The notes below the pieces were generated by a model. The model saw only the letters and a program-made list of their open reading frames with translations, did no database searches and was not told where the DNA came from. The translations under genes were made by a program, and so were the position numbers. 64,000 nucleotides of DNA from Microcoleus sp. (GTDB lineage: Bacteria > Cyanobacteriota > Cyanobacteriia > Cyanobacteriales > Microcoleaceae), in NCBI GenBank assembly GCA_042408215.1, contig JAYFMW010000003.1:352001-416000 (forward strand), written 5' to 3'. This document shows, piece after piece, positions 43,143-53,361 of this stretch. Within the stretch, counting starts at the first letter, position 1; each line of letters opens with the position of its first letter.

Positions 43143-45863
43143 ATGAAAATACTTAAAATCCAGACTTTACGAGGCCCCAACTACTGGAGCATCCGACGCC
43201 ACAAACTTGTCCTCATGCGTCTGGATTTAGAGGAGTTGGCAGACAAAAAAACATCTCAAATTCCCGGCTTCTACGAGGGGTTGACCGCCTTGCTGCCCAG
43301 TTTGAACGAGCATTTTTGTTCCCCTGGCCGTCAGGGAGGCTTTCTGCAACGTCTTAGAGAAGGCACGATGATGGGACACGTAATCGAACACGTAGCCCTA
43401 GAACTTCAGCAAATGGCAGGAATGCCGGTCGGGTTCGGTCGCACCAGGGAGACTGCTACTCCTGGCATTTACCAAGTAGTAATTGAGTATCAAAACGAAC
43501 AAGCAGGTCGCTACGCTGCGAGGGCGGGCGTGCGACTGTGCCAGAGCATTGTCAATACTGGCACTTACTCATCTACAGAGTTAGCCCAAGATTTAAGAGA
43601 CCTCACAGAGTTTGCTGCGACGGCGGCCCTGGGGCCGAGTACGGAAACACTGATCAAGGAAGCAGAAGCTCGTGGCATTCCCTGGATGCAGTTGAGTGCT
43701 AGGTTTATGATTCAGCTAGGCTACGGGATTCATCAAAAACGGATTCAAGCAACTTTGAGCAACCGCACGGGAGTTTTGGGCGTAGAACTGGCCTGCGACA
43801 AGGAAGGTACTAAAAATATCCTGGCTAGTGCCGGTGTGCCGGTACCGAGAGGAACGGTAATTCACTATTTAGACGAATTACGAGGTGCGATCGAAGAAGT
43901 TGGTGGCTATCCCATTGTCATTAAACCCCTAGACGGCAATCACGGACGCGGCATTACGATCGACATCAATTCCTGGGAAGTAGCAGAGGAAGCCTATGAC
44001 CTCGCTAGCGCCGCATCGAAAACTAAGAGCATAATTATTGAGCGCTATTACACCGGTCGCGACCACAGAGTTTTGGTGGTCAACGGTCAAGTCGTCGCAG
44101 TTGCAGAACGAGTCCCCGCTAACGTTGTGGGTAACGGCCGACTGACAGTGGAACAGCTAATTGAAGAGGTCAACAGAGATCCGCAACGGGGAGACGGACA
44201 TGATAATGTGCTCACCCGGATCGTTGTCGATAAATTGTCTTTGGATTTGCTGCAAAAACAAGGATACTCGATGGACTCCGTAGTACCTGCGGGCGAAAGA
44301 GTATTTTTGCGGGCGACGGCCAACTTGAGCACAGGGGGAATTGCAGTCGATCGCACTGACGAAATTCACCCGGAAAATGCCTGGCTATTTTCCAGAGTTG
44401 CCAAAATTATCGGTTTGGACATCGCCGGCATTGATGTGGTAACACCCGATATCTCGAAACCACTGCGCGATGTCAACGGCGTCATCGTCGAAGTCAACGC
44501 AGCACCGGGTTTCAGAATGCACGTCGCGCCTAGTCAGGGTTTACCCCGCAACGTCGCCGGCGCTGTCTTTGATATGCTGTTTCCCTCGCCTGGCCAGAGT
44601 CGGGTGCCGATTTTAGCGGTAACGGGGACCAACGGCAAAACCACTACCACTCGCCTGCTGGCCCACATTGTCAAGCAGACCGGTCAGGTTACGGGCTACA
44701 CAACTACCGATGGCACTTACATCGGCGAATATTTGGTGGAAAGCGGAGACAATACTGGGCCACAGAGTGCTCAATTGATTTTGTCCGATCCGACGGTAGA
44801 AGTCGCGGTGCTGGAAACGGCCAGGGGTGGGATTTTGCGATCGGGCTTGGGATTCGACCAGTGCGATGTCGGCGTCGTCTTGAACGTCGCGGCCGACCAC
44901 TTGGGAATTGGCGACATCGACACGGTGGAACAACTGGCTACCCTCAAGAGCGTGCTCGTCGAGTCGGTGATGCCCAAAGGCTATGCAGTCTTGAACGCCG
45001 ACGACCCGCTGGTAGCACAAATGGCGCAGCGTGTCAAGGCTCAAATTGCATATTTTTCGATGAACCCGGACAACGAACTGGTTGCCAAACATACCGCTGC
45101 GGGCGGGCTGGCTGCGATTTACGAGAATGGCTACTTGTCGATCTTAAAAGGCGATTGGACGCTGAGAATTGAGCAGGCGGTCAACGTGCCCTTGACGATG
45201 GGCGGACGCGCACCGTTTATGATTGCTAATGCTTTGGCTGCTTGTTTGGCTGCTTTTGCCCAAGGATTGAAGATAGAGGACATTCGGGCTGCTTTGTCAA
45301 GCTTTCAGGCATCGGTTGGTCAAACTCCCGGACGGATGAACCTGTTTAATTTGGGCAGCTATCACGCTTTGCTCGACTACGCCCACAATCCCCACAGCTA
45401 CAAGGCTTTGGGCTCTTTTGTGCAGAATTGGGATGGCATGCGGATTGGGGTAGTTGGCGGGCCTGGAGACAGGCGAGATGAGGATTTTGTAACCTTGGGT
45501 AAACTTTCAGCGGATATTTTCGATCGCATTATTGTCAAGGAAGATCTCGATCGACGCGGGCGAGCTCCCGGTAGCGCGGCCAAGTTGATTTGTCAGGGGA
45601 TTGCAGAGGCGATTTCGCTCAGAACCGCAGATCAACCTAAAGTTGAATACGAGTTGATTCTCGATGAAACAACAGCCGTTAACAAGGCTTTAGATGAGGC
45701 ACCGGCTGGCAGTTTGGTGGTAATTTTACCTGAAGGTGTCAACAAAGCTCTGAGTTTAATTGAGGCGCGGAAACCGATTCAGGAATCTGTGGAAGTTCAA
45801 AATGGTTTAGTTAAATCAAAGTCGCAGGAAAGTTTAAAACCGACTGTTGTGAATCAAGGCTAA
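43143..45863 (+). CDS. cphA: Cyanophycin synthetase
   Basis: LRGPNYWS, LGPST, KPLDGNHGRG, EVNAAPGFRMH, GTNGKTTT, DYAHN. Confidence 0.96.
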   Translation: MKILKIQTLRGPNYWSIRRHKLVLMRLDLEELADKKTSQIPGFYEGLTALLPSLNEHFCSPGRQGGFLQRLREGTMMGHVIEHVALELQQMAGMPVGFGRTRETATPGIYQVVIEYQNEQAGRYAARAGVRLCQSIVNTGTYSSTELAQDLRDLTEFAATAALGPSTETLIKEAEARGIPWMQLSARFMIQLGYGIHQKRIQATLSNRTGVLGVELACDKEGTKNILASAGVPVPRGTVIHYLDELRGAIEEVGGYPIVIKPLDGNHGRGITIDINSWEVAEEAYDLASAASKTKSIIIERYYTGRDHRVLVVNGQVVAVAERVPANVVGNGRLTVEQLIEEVNRDPQRGDGHDNVLTRIVVDKLSLDLLQKQGYSMDSVVPAGERVFLRATANLSTGGIAVDRTDEIHPENAWLFSRVAKIIGLDIAGIDVVTPDISKPLRDVNGVIVEVNAAPGFRMHVAPSQGLPRNVAGAVFDMLFPSPGQSRVPILAVTGTNGKTTTTRLLAHIVKQTGQVTGYTTTDGTYIGEYLVESGDNTGPQSAQLILSDPTVEVAVLETARGGILRSGLGFDQCDVGVVLNVAADHLGIGDIDTVEQLATLKSVLVESVMPKGYAVLNADDPLVAQMAQRVKAQIAYFSMNPDNELVAKHTAAGGLAAIYENGYLSILKGDWTLRIEQAVNVPLTMGGRAPFMIANALAACLAAFAQGLKIEDIRAALSSFQASVGQTPGRMNLFNLGSYHALLDYAHNPHSYKALGSFVQNWDGMRIGVVGGPGDRRDEDFVTLGKLSADIFDRIIVKEDLDRRGRAPGSAAKLICQGIAEAISLRTADQPKVEYELILDETTAVNKALDEAPAGSLVVILPEGVNKALSLIEARKPIQESVEVQNGLVKSKSQESLKPTVVNQG

Positions 45864-45884
45864 ATTCTTAAGTCTCATTTAATT

Positions 45885-45926
45885 AATAGGTTGGGTTTAC
45901 TTGTGTTAAACCCAACCTATTTTTTT
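45885..45926 (+). terminator. Intrinsic terminator after cphA
   Basis: AATAGGTTGGGTTTA/TAAACCCAACCTATT hairpin plus T-run. Confidence 0.75.
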
Positions 45927-46006
45927 AGGACTTTCGCTTTAATTGCCGATCGATCCTATAGGGGCCTAGGGCCTAGGGCCTAGGGCCTGGTCAAACAAAA
46001 GTATGA

Positions 46007-46124
46007 TATAGCAGTCGCCAAGGCGCTTTAGTCATTGCTCCCTGAGCGGAGTCGAAGGGTCGAAATGTCCACTTCGACTACGCTCAGTGACCGAAATATC
46101 CTAATCGCCTTGGCGGTTGCTATA
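46007..46124. mobile_element. MITE-like element with TATAGCA.TCGCCAAGGCG TIRs
   Basis: About 19-bp imperfect TIRs; inner CTTCGACTACGCTCAG repeat also at 32909-33005 and near 22072. Confidence 0.7.
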
Positions 46125-46165
46125 ACTATTCAAAAGGAATAGAAACAATTATTTAAAATTAATTC

Positions 46166-46206
46166 TGCCAAAATGGCAACACCAGCCAAATTTATTGATT
46201 TACGAT
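46166..46206 (+). promoter_or_regulatory. TGCCA-N3-TGGCA operator + N22 + TACGAT putative -10
   Basis: Same architecture as sites at 50641, 51281, 51360, 51449. Confidence 0.7.
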
Positions 46207-46220
46207 CGTAAAAACTGCAT

Positions 46221-47570
46221 TTGTGGGAATCAAAAACACATAATATCATGGCGAATACTCTATTTTTACAACCAAGTTCTCCCCTGGATAATTCCAATCC
46301 TAACTATGCTCGTGCTACAGGAGGGGCTGTTTTTTCCCACTATAGTCAAACGGCTTCAGGAACTTTGACTGCCACCGAGGCTGATACGTTAGTCAAAGGT
46401 GGGGTATCTGCTGCTATTGCTGATGCCAAAGCTCTAGCTGATTTTAGCAACGATCCAAATTTTTCTGCCCTCTTTACTAACAGTGCTGTAATTGGTATTG
46501 GTGGAGCATCTCAGGGAAGTTCTAGCAGTGAAGCTAAAGTGATTGCTAATTTTTCTGTCGCCAAAAATCAAACTTTCTCTTTCGATTTTGCAACTGGGTT
46601 ACAACTACAAGCCAAAGAAATTGAAAATCCTCAAGCTGAATATAACCAGGCTCAGGGAAAAACCTCTTTCGTTGTGTTAGAAACATCCGATGCCAAAAAG
46701 CCGAAAGTATTAGATTATTTTGGCATGAACGGGAAGTTAATTTCTTCTGAGCGAATCGGCGATCTGAAGTTGGGATCTAGCCGCAACGTTACCATTGCTA
46801 ATCAGCAGAAAAATACTGATATTGATGGCAACAATGGCATAGATTTTGTGACAGGCGCGGCTGGAGGTACATATCAGAGACAGTTTAACAGCGATACAAA
46901 CATAACCATAGTGGAACTCAATACCAGTGACACTAAATTTAAGCAGGATACTGCTATTGGTAAACTAGGTTCAGATGTCACCTATGGCACTATCTGGAAT
47001 GATAAAATAGACGGCACTAAAGACGCAGACGGGAAGACAACCAAAGGCGAAGATGGCGATCGTCAACTAAAGGGAACCAACAGCGCAGACAAAATATATG
47101 GCAGCCTGGGAGACGATCAAATCAATGGAGAAGGAGGCGATGATATCCTTGAAGGTGGTTCAGGCAAGGATAAGTTGGACGGTGGTGACGGAAACGATAA
47201 ACTTTATGGCAGTGATGATAATGATACCCTGACTGGTGGTTCAGGTAATGATACCCTGGTTGGTGGTGTTGGCAATGATGTGATGCGGGGCAATCAGGGT
47301 AAGGATCTCTTTCTTTTCCAGAATGGTGATAGCTTGCTCACAGGGGAGTTAGATGTTATCAAGGATTTCAAAGCTGATAAAGATCAGATGGGATTGCAGG
47401 GATGGGGTACGATTAATGCCTCAGATTTGTTGCGGGGAATTGCGACATCACCATTCCAGATCAGCGATACCAAAGATGGTACTATTTTAAGTTCTAGTTC
47501 GGGTGGAAAAGTTCTTTTGGAAGGTGTGAAATTAACTCAACTCAGTGCCAATAATTTCATGTTTTCTTAA
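46221..47570 (+). CDS. Hemolysin-type calcium-binding (RTX repeat) secreted protein; ATG at 46248 likely
   Basis: GGxGxDxLx nonapeptides and type I secretion-like C-terminus. Confidence 0.85.
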   Translation: MWESKTHNIMANTLFLQPSSPLDNSNPNYARATGGAVFSHYSQTASGTLTATEADTLVKGGVSAAIADAKALADFSNDPNFSALFTNSAVIGIGGASQGSSSSEAKVIANFSVAKNQTFSFDFATGLQLQAKEIENPQAEYNQAQGKTSFVVLETSDAKKPKVLDYFGMNGKLISSERIGDLKLGSSRNVTIANQQKNTDIDGNNGIDFVTGAAGGTYQRQFNSDTNITIVELNTSDTKFKQDTAIGKLGSDVTYGTIWNDKIDGTKDADGKTTKGEDGDRQLKGTNSADKIYGSLGDDQINGEGGDDILEGGSGKDKLDGGDGNDKLYGSDDNDTLTGGSGNDTLVGGVGNDVMRGNQGKDLFLFQNGDSLLTGELDVIKDFKADKDQMGLQGWGTINASDLLRGIATSPFQISDTKDGTILSSSSGGKVLLEGVKLTQLSANNFMFS

Positions 47571-47636
47571 ATAGGCATCCAAATGAGGGGCTTTTCCCAA
47601 CAGAGTTGTTCTGTCATAGCATGAAATTAACAGCCA

Positions 47637-47673
47637 AAATAGAGGGCATCCTCAGCTAGGATGCCCTCTATTT
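47637..47673. terminator. Bidirectional hairpin between convergent genes
   Basis: AAATAGAGGGCATCCT/AGGATGCCCTCTATTT. Confidence 0.7.
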
Positions 47674-47855
47674 CGATCGCTGTCAATCCCAGTGACTAAC
47701 TTAATTTGGTGCGACGGTTCCGCGATTAAGCTAACTGCTAGAAGGTGAAACTATCCTGTGGCTGAAAATTTTAGAGCGCTCTTATGATGGAGCGCTCCTT
47801 GATTATCGGCAATTCGACAAAATTAATGTCAAACCACCGTCCAAATTTCGACCAT

Positions 47856-50018
47856 TTAGCCAAAAATGATAGTATCTCCCTTGGCAGCACTAAAGCCCGT
47901 ACTGCCAGCAGCCTTGTAGAGCGTATTGAAGCCCTCGCTGGTGTAGTTACCCCAAGCATCAGGGCCGACCCCACTAGAGGATGTGAGTCGGTTGGAGATC
48001 ATAGTGCTGCCTCCAACCTTAGCAGTAGCTCCAGTAGCGTTGTAGATACCACCACCAGTTGCGGCGCGGTTCCCAGAAACCAAGCTGTTGTTTCTCAGGG
48101 TTAAGGTTCCTGGTGTTGTGCCATTACCATTATAGATACCGCCACCTTGTCCGGCTGTGGAATTGCTCTTGATGGTGGTGTTCGTTATATTGGCGGTTCC
48201 AACATTAAAGACACCACCGCCAGCACCGGTACTACTCGTTGTCTTGTTGCCTTGAATCAGGGTGTTGTCCATAGAAACTATTGTGCCGAAGTTGGCAATG
48301 CCGCCACCGGCTTTGACCGCCGTGCCATTGTTAATTAGACTGGTAGTGACAGTCACAGAGGCTCCAGAACGGTTATAGATGCCGCCGCCGAAGCCTCCCG
48401 CCTGATTATTGTTGGAGAAGGTATCGTTATCTAACGTCAGGGCAGCACCAGTCGAATTGTAAATTCCACCTCCATCTGTAGAGATGGCTTGGTTGGTGTT
48501 AAATGTACTATTTCTTGCCTCCAGAACACCAGAGTTTAAGGCAGCACCGGACTTAGTGTTGTAAATTCCACCACCACTAATGCTGGCTTTGTTGCTGTCA
48601 AAAGTACCGCCGTTCACCACCATATTGCCAGCGTTATATATCCCAGCGCCATATTGCTGGGCAATGTTACTGTTAAATTTACTGTTGACCACGTTGACTA
48701 AAGGCAGGGAAGAATTGGCCACGGAGCTACTGGCATTGTAAAGCCCACCGCCCTGTACCGCAGAATTATTACTAAATGTGCCACCGCTTACCAGCATACT
48801 GCCAGCATTGAATATTGCACCGCCAATTTGTGATGAACTATTAGCATCAAATGTACTGTTGCCCACGGTGAGGGCGGCACCAGTGGGGTTGTAAATCGCA
48901 CCGCCCTGTAATGCGGAATTCTTGCTAAATGTGTTGCCGCCATTCAATAGCAAACTACCAACATTTAATATTGCACCGCCAACTTGTGATGCCTTATTAT
49001 TTGTAAGTGTACTGTTGGAGAGTGTTAGAGCACTTCCATTGTTGTAAATTCCAGCACCAGCACCAGCACCAGCAAAACCTTTGTCAATAGTGACTCCGGT
49101 AATATTTACGGTTGCACTGACTAAAGCGCTATTCACAACCTTCTGAATCACAAATACGCGACTAGCATTATTACCACTAATGGTGAGCAAATTTGCTCCC
49201 GGGCCAGTAATTGTAAGGTCATCGCCGATTACCAGTTGTCCAGTCGTCAGGGTAATGGTATCTGGAGTAGTATCAGCCATCGTTCCTGTAAAGTTGATCG
49301 TATCAGCACCCGCCGCCGCATTGGCATCTAAAATTGCCTGACGCAATGAGCCCGCGCCACTGTCACTGTTATTGGTGACAGAAAACGTTGCCAGTGTGTG
49401 ATTGTAGCCTTCCTGTACCGAGGATGGCAAAATGTTAGGGTTTTCGATCGCCCCAGTCGAAAACTCCAAGTTCCAGTTACCTCCCACAGACGCGCTACCT
49501 GTCAGGTCTTTAGACGCTCCTACATCGGCTCCAGTTAGCTCGTCAATTTGTTGCACAAAGTCTTGCCCCGCTTTACTAGCTGCCACATTGCAGCCATAAA
49601 GCAGAATGTCCGCATCTTCGGTTAGTGATCCTCTCCAATTAGTCAGCTTATCGGCATAGTTACCCAAGTTATTGAGATTGAGATCTGTCGCTCCAAGTTG
49701 TAAATGTCCATCGCTACCATGGGAGAAGATAGACAAACTCTTAATGTCACTCAGACCTGATAGAACTTGAGTAATCTGAGTTAATTCATCTTGTGATGGA
49801 TCGAGTACCCATATATCTGTGTTCGGCGGCAAACCCTTAACTAAGTCTTGATAGTCTTGAACATTGGAGTCAATGAAAGCAATATTAGAAGACTTAGAAG
49901 TTTGTCCAAGGGTGCGGAAATGCTCCTGTCCTGTCCCCCCTAAATAAGCCATCGCACTGGATGGGGCGGCGGGAATACCAGAAAGTGCTGAATTGTCAGG
50001 CGAGTACCATGTTTGCAT
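47856..50018 (-). CDS. DUF4347 domain protein with polymorphic-membrane-protein-like GG(A/G)I(Y/F)N beta-helix repeats
   Basis: IAFIDSNV, SHG, LLYGCNVA, GGNWNLE, DSGAGSLRQAI, many GGAI/GGGIYN repeats. Confidence 0.85.
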   Translation of the reverse strand: MQTWYSPDNSALSGIPAAPSSAMAYLGGTGQEHFRTLGQTSKSSNIAFIDSNVQDYQDLVKGLPPNTDIWVLDPSQDELTQITQVLSGLSDIKSLSIFSHGSDGHLQLGATDLNLNNLGNYADKLTNWRGSLTEDADILLYGCNVAASKAGQDFVQQIDELTGADVGASKDLTGSASVGGNWNLEFSTGAIENPNILPSSVQEGYNHTLATFSVTNNSDSGAGSLRQAILDANAAAGADTINFTGTMADTTPDTITLTTGQLVIGDDLTITGPGANLLTISGNNASRVFVIQKVVNSALVSATVNITGVTIDKGFAGAGAGAGIYNNGSALTLSNSTLTNNKASQVGGAILNVGSLLLNGGNTFSKNSALQGGAIYNPTGAALTVGNSTFDANSSSQIGGAIFNAGSMLVSGGTFSNNSAVQGGGLYNASSSVANSSLPLVNVVNSKFNSNIAQQYGAGIYNAGNMVVNGGTFDSNKASISGGGIYNTKSGAALNSGVLEARNSTFNTNQAISTDGGGIYNSTGAALTLDNDTFSNNNQAGGFGGGIYNRSGASVTVTTSLINNGTAVKAGGGIANFGTIVSMDNTLIQGNKTTSSTGAGGGVFNVGTANITNTTIKSNSTAGQGGGIYNGNGTTPGTLTLRNNSLVSGNRAATGGGIYNATGATAKVGGSTMISNRLTSSSGVGPDAWGNYTSEGFNTLYKAAGSTGFSAAKGDTIIFG

Positions 50019-50260
50019 ATCTAATTCTTCCTTTTTTATCAGGGGTGACTAATTGTTTATTTAGCTTGATTAAAGCCATAAATTTCCACAGAGTTCACGA
50101 AAAAAAAATCAATGGTAGACAGGATTTAATTGGCTCTAAAAACGTGGCTAATTCTAAACAGATTTTTTTTTGTTTTTGTTATTTGTTTAGAGTGAAATTG
50201 AATGCTTGAATGGTCATAGGTAATATTCACCTCAATGCCATTACATGACCAGTATCCTTC

Positions 50261-50551
50261 TTACTGACTGATAGCCGCCACGGAGGTGCTGGAAGAGAAA
50301 GAACCAGTGCCATAAGTTACCACAGCCAAGGTATTAGCCATTGTGAAGCTGTCAAGAGTTCCGTCGTAGGTTCCAGGATCAGCAACGGCTTTAGCACCCG
50401 CAGAAGCGTAGTTGCCGGAAGACAAGGATGGGGAGTTGATATTAAGAGTAAACGAATTTTTAGTGCCGAAGCTGACGGTATTTTTCAAACCACCTTGAAC
50501 CGCCGCAGCTTCAGAAACAACTTCCAAGTAATTCAGATCAGAAATATTCAT
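50261..50551 (-). CDS. Small secreted-type protein with double-glycine leader (paralog 1)
   Basis: MNISDLNYLEVVSEAAAVQGG leader; AAGGA RBS; clear paralog at 50906. Confidence 0.8.
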   Translation of the reverse strand: MNISDLNYLEVVSEAAAVQGGLKNTVSFGTKNSFTLNINSPSLSSGNYASAGAKAVADPGTYDGTLDSFTMANTLAVVTYGTGSFSSSTSVAAISQ

Positions 50552-50612
50552 TGTTTTGTCCTTTTTGTTTGTGATTTGTTTGTCAGAAGCAACTTTTTGT
50601 GGTTCTGTATTT

Positions 50613-50653
50613 AAGATAGGGAGAATAATCAGACCTGTGTTGCCATTTTGGCA
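50613..50653 (-). promoter_or_regulatory. TGCCA-N3-TGGCA operator + N22 + TATCTT putative -10
   Basis: Palindrome at 50641-50653. Confidence 0.7.
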
Positions 50654-50905
50654 GATTAATTTTGACTGGGGTGAAAATTACAAAAATCACCTCCTCTAAT
50701 ATTAATTATGTCAAAAATTTCAAGAAAATACATTTTTTTGACAGTCATATTAATAACTTAATTGCCATTCTATTTGACTAACTAAGCTAATGATAAACAG
50801 ATAACAAAAATGGAGTTTCTGTTATCTGTTTATAGTGAAATTGAATGATTACGGGGTCATAGGTAACATTCACCTAAATGCCATTACCTATGACCAGTAT
50901 GCTTC

Positions 50906-51205
50906 TTAGTTATTGATAGCCGCAACGGAGGTGCTGCCAGAGAAAGAAGCGCCGCCATAAGTTACTACAGCTAAGGTGTCAGCTTTGGTGAAGCTGTTCA
51001 AAGTACCGCAGTAGTCGCCATCAGCAGAGGCTTTAGCACCAGCAGAAGCGAAGTTGCCGTCAGGCAAGCATGGGGCGTCGATCGTCAGAGTAAAGGAATT
51101 TGTGGTGTTGAAGGTGATATCAACGGTATCGGTTTCAGACCAACCACCTTGAACTGCGGCAGATTCCGAAACAACTTCCAAGTAATTCAGGTCAGAAATA
51201 ATCAT
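50906..51205 (-). CDS. Small secreted-type protein with double-glycine leader (paralog 2)
   Basis: MIISDLNYLEVVSESAAVQGG leader; AAGGA RBS. Confidence 0.8.
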   Translation of the reverse strand: MIISDLNYLEVVSESAAVQGGWSETDTVDITFNTTNSFTLTIDAPCLPDGNFASAGAKASADGDYCGTLNSFTKADTLAVVTYGGASFSGSTSVAAINN

Positions 51206-51252
51206 GGCTTTTGTCCTTTTTAAAGTGAGGTTTTTTTGTTTTCCTGTTACCT

Positions 51253-51848
51253 AATTTAGCTTGCCTTGTGGTGTCTGTGTTGCCATTTTGGCAGAAGCTT
51301 TTTTCGGTAACAACTTTGTTTGTCTGTAATCAATCTATCAAAGGTTAACAAGGATATGTTGCCATTTTGGCAGAAGCTTTTTCTGTTTGGCTGAACAACT
51401 TTGTTTCCTTCGATGTCCTTAATATAACTAGGCTTTTTCCACCTGTGTTGCCAATTTGGCAGATTTATGATTTTTTTTTGAGATGAATTGGGTGCCGGGC
51501 TAAAACCCTTTGTTTAAGCAGGTTTTACTCATAAATAAGACTCTGAAAATTTCCCAAACTTTCAGAGCCGATAGTTTCACTAGATTTTTTAGCACCCATT
51601 TATAAGATGAGATGGTCACTGAGTGCCTTGGACAAAAGTTGCCAAAATGGCAGTTTTCAGAAGAGACGAGTCAATTCTCAAAACCTTGCCATTTTGGCAG
51701 ATTTTTGGGAAGGGAAATATGAATTAGGCGCGCCAAAATCTTGAAATCTTCACAGATTCTTTACATACAATTTATTTAGTTCAGATTCTGGAATGCCCAT
51801 AATCTATATCTAAATATAGAAAACAGGGGGTGTGTTGCCATTTTGGCA
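51253..51848 (-). promoter_or_regulatory. Cluster of six TGCCA-N3-TGGCA operators
   Basis: Palindromes at 51281, 51360, 51449, 51640, 51687, 51836. Confidence 0.75.
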
Positions 51849-51928
51849 GGTTTTTAATTGAGAGATGGAATTTGAATAACGATCGCGATCGCGAGCAATC
51901 AATAATAACTCTTGCACATCAGTCAGCT

Positions 51929-53140
51929 TTACCTTTTAACTACCGCCCACTGAGTCACCGGTGCAAGCGGTTTCCAACCCTGAAAAGAGCCGATCGCCCC
52001 AACCCGCTGAATCCCAATTCTAATTAATTCCCCGCCATGTAAAGAATGCCATTGCAAAACTTTAAATTCGCTCTCAACAGTCACAGCATTAACAACTAAT
52101 CGGCCCCCCTCACCCAAAGCATTCCAACAAGTTTCCAGCACAGCTTCTGCGGTGACACCACCACCGATGAAAATAGCATCCGGTTGAGGCAAATTTGCCA
52201 AAGCAGTCGGCGCTTCACCCGCGATAATTTGAAGTGAGGGAACACCCAAATTAGAGGCATTTTCGGCGATGTATTGTAGTCGAGTTGGATGGCGTTCGAT
52301 CGCGATCGCCCGACACCCCCGATGACTCCGCATCCATTCGATGGCGATCGAACCACAGCCCGCACCCACATCCCAAAGCAACTCTCCCGGAACCGGTGCT
52401 AACGTTGACAGAGTAACGGCTCGAACCTCCCGCTTGGTAAGTTGTCCGTCGTGGAGATAAGCAGCATCGAGCAAACCCGCAGTGCGGGGGAAAATCATAG
52501 TTTGGCGATCGCCTGCAACTGCGATGGCGATCGTATTCAAATCAGCCAAATCCGGCACATTCCAGGCTGCTGCAACCCCCTCAATCCGCCGTTCCGAGTC
52601 CCCAGACATCCGCTCGAACACAGTCATTAAACTGCCACCAAACCCCCGCTGTGTCAACATTTGCGCCACAAGAGCTGGCGTGTGTCGATCGGCACTCAAC
52701 ACCAGCAAAAGCGCCCCCGGATACAAACCAAGGGCGATCGAGGCGATCGGGCGATTTGTCAAGCTGAAAGTCTCAACATCCGCCAGAGCCCAACCCAGAC
52801 GGGCGCAAACCAGGCTAAAAGCCGATGCTGCGGGAATTATCGTCATTTCGGCGATCGGAATCCGGCGCGACAGGGTGACACCAATCCCGTGACACATTGG
52901 ATCGCCACTGGCTAACACACAAATCGACTCTCCTCGGCGGCGGATGATTTCATCGACGGTGGCTTGTAGCGGCGATGTCCAGAGCAATTTTTCGCGGGAG
53001 TCGTCGGTTGGTAACATGGCTAGGTGACGGGCACCGCCGACTACGACTTGAGCGCGATCGACTAGAAAACGGGCGATCGAACTTAATCCCGATAATCCAT
53101 CTTCGCCAATCCCCACCACCGAAAGCCATTTGTCTACCAT
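51929..53140 (-). CDS. cobL: Precorrin-6Y C5,15-methyltransferase (CbiE/CbiT fusion)
   Basis: VVGIGEDG, LASGDP, LTKREVRA, WDVGAGCGS. Confidence 0.92.
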   Translation of the reverse strand: MVDKWLSVVGIGEDGLSGLSSIARFLVDRAQVVVGGARHLAMLPTDDSREKLLWTSPLQATVDEIIRRRGESICVLASGDPMCHGIGVTLSRRIPIAEMTIIPAASAFSLVCARLGWALADVETFSLTNRPIASIALGLYPGALLLVLSADRHTPALVAQMLTQRGFGGSLMTVFERMSGDSERRIEGVAAAWNVPDLADLNTIAIAVAGDRQTMIFPRTAGLLDAAYLHDGQLTKREVRAVTLSTLAPVPGELLWDVGAGCGSIAIEWMRSHRGCRAIAIERHPTRLQYIAENASNLGVPSLQIIAGEAPTALANLPQPDAIFIGGGVTAEAVLETCWNALGEGGRLVVNAVTVESEFKVLQWHSLHGGELIRIGIQRVGAIGSFQGWKPLAPVTQWAVVKR

Positions 53141-53204
53141 CGCCGCTACTCCTGAAATTTTTTCTACTCTTCAGCATGAATGTATTTCCAGCATATTTGT
53201 TAAG

Positions 53205-53315
53205 AGGTTTGGTTTTTGTGGGACAAATTGTGATATCTTTCTAAAACCTGAAAGCGGGAAAGTCCGGTGCAATTCCGGCGCTGTGCCGCAACTGTGAAAG
53301 TCAGAATGCCGATTT
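53205..53315 (+). promoter_or_regulatory. Cobalamin riboswitch (compact form)
   Basis: GGGAA..CCGGTGCAATTCCGG..CTGTGCCGCAACTGT..AGTCAG core upstream of cobG. Confidence 0.85.
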
Positions 53316-53361
53316 CGGGTTGACTTGTTTATTTCCCTGCGTCGCACGGGGAGGAGTTTCT

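Noticed and set aside
51253..51848. Mini-CRISPR of TGCCATTTTGGCAG repeats
   Set aside because: Repeat is only 13-20 bp, spacing irregular, and fixed distance to -10 boxes fits operators better
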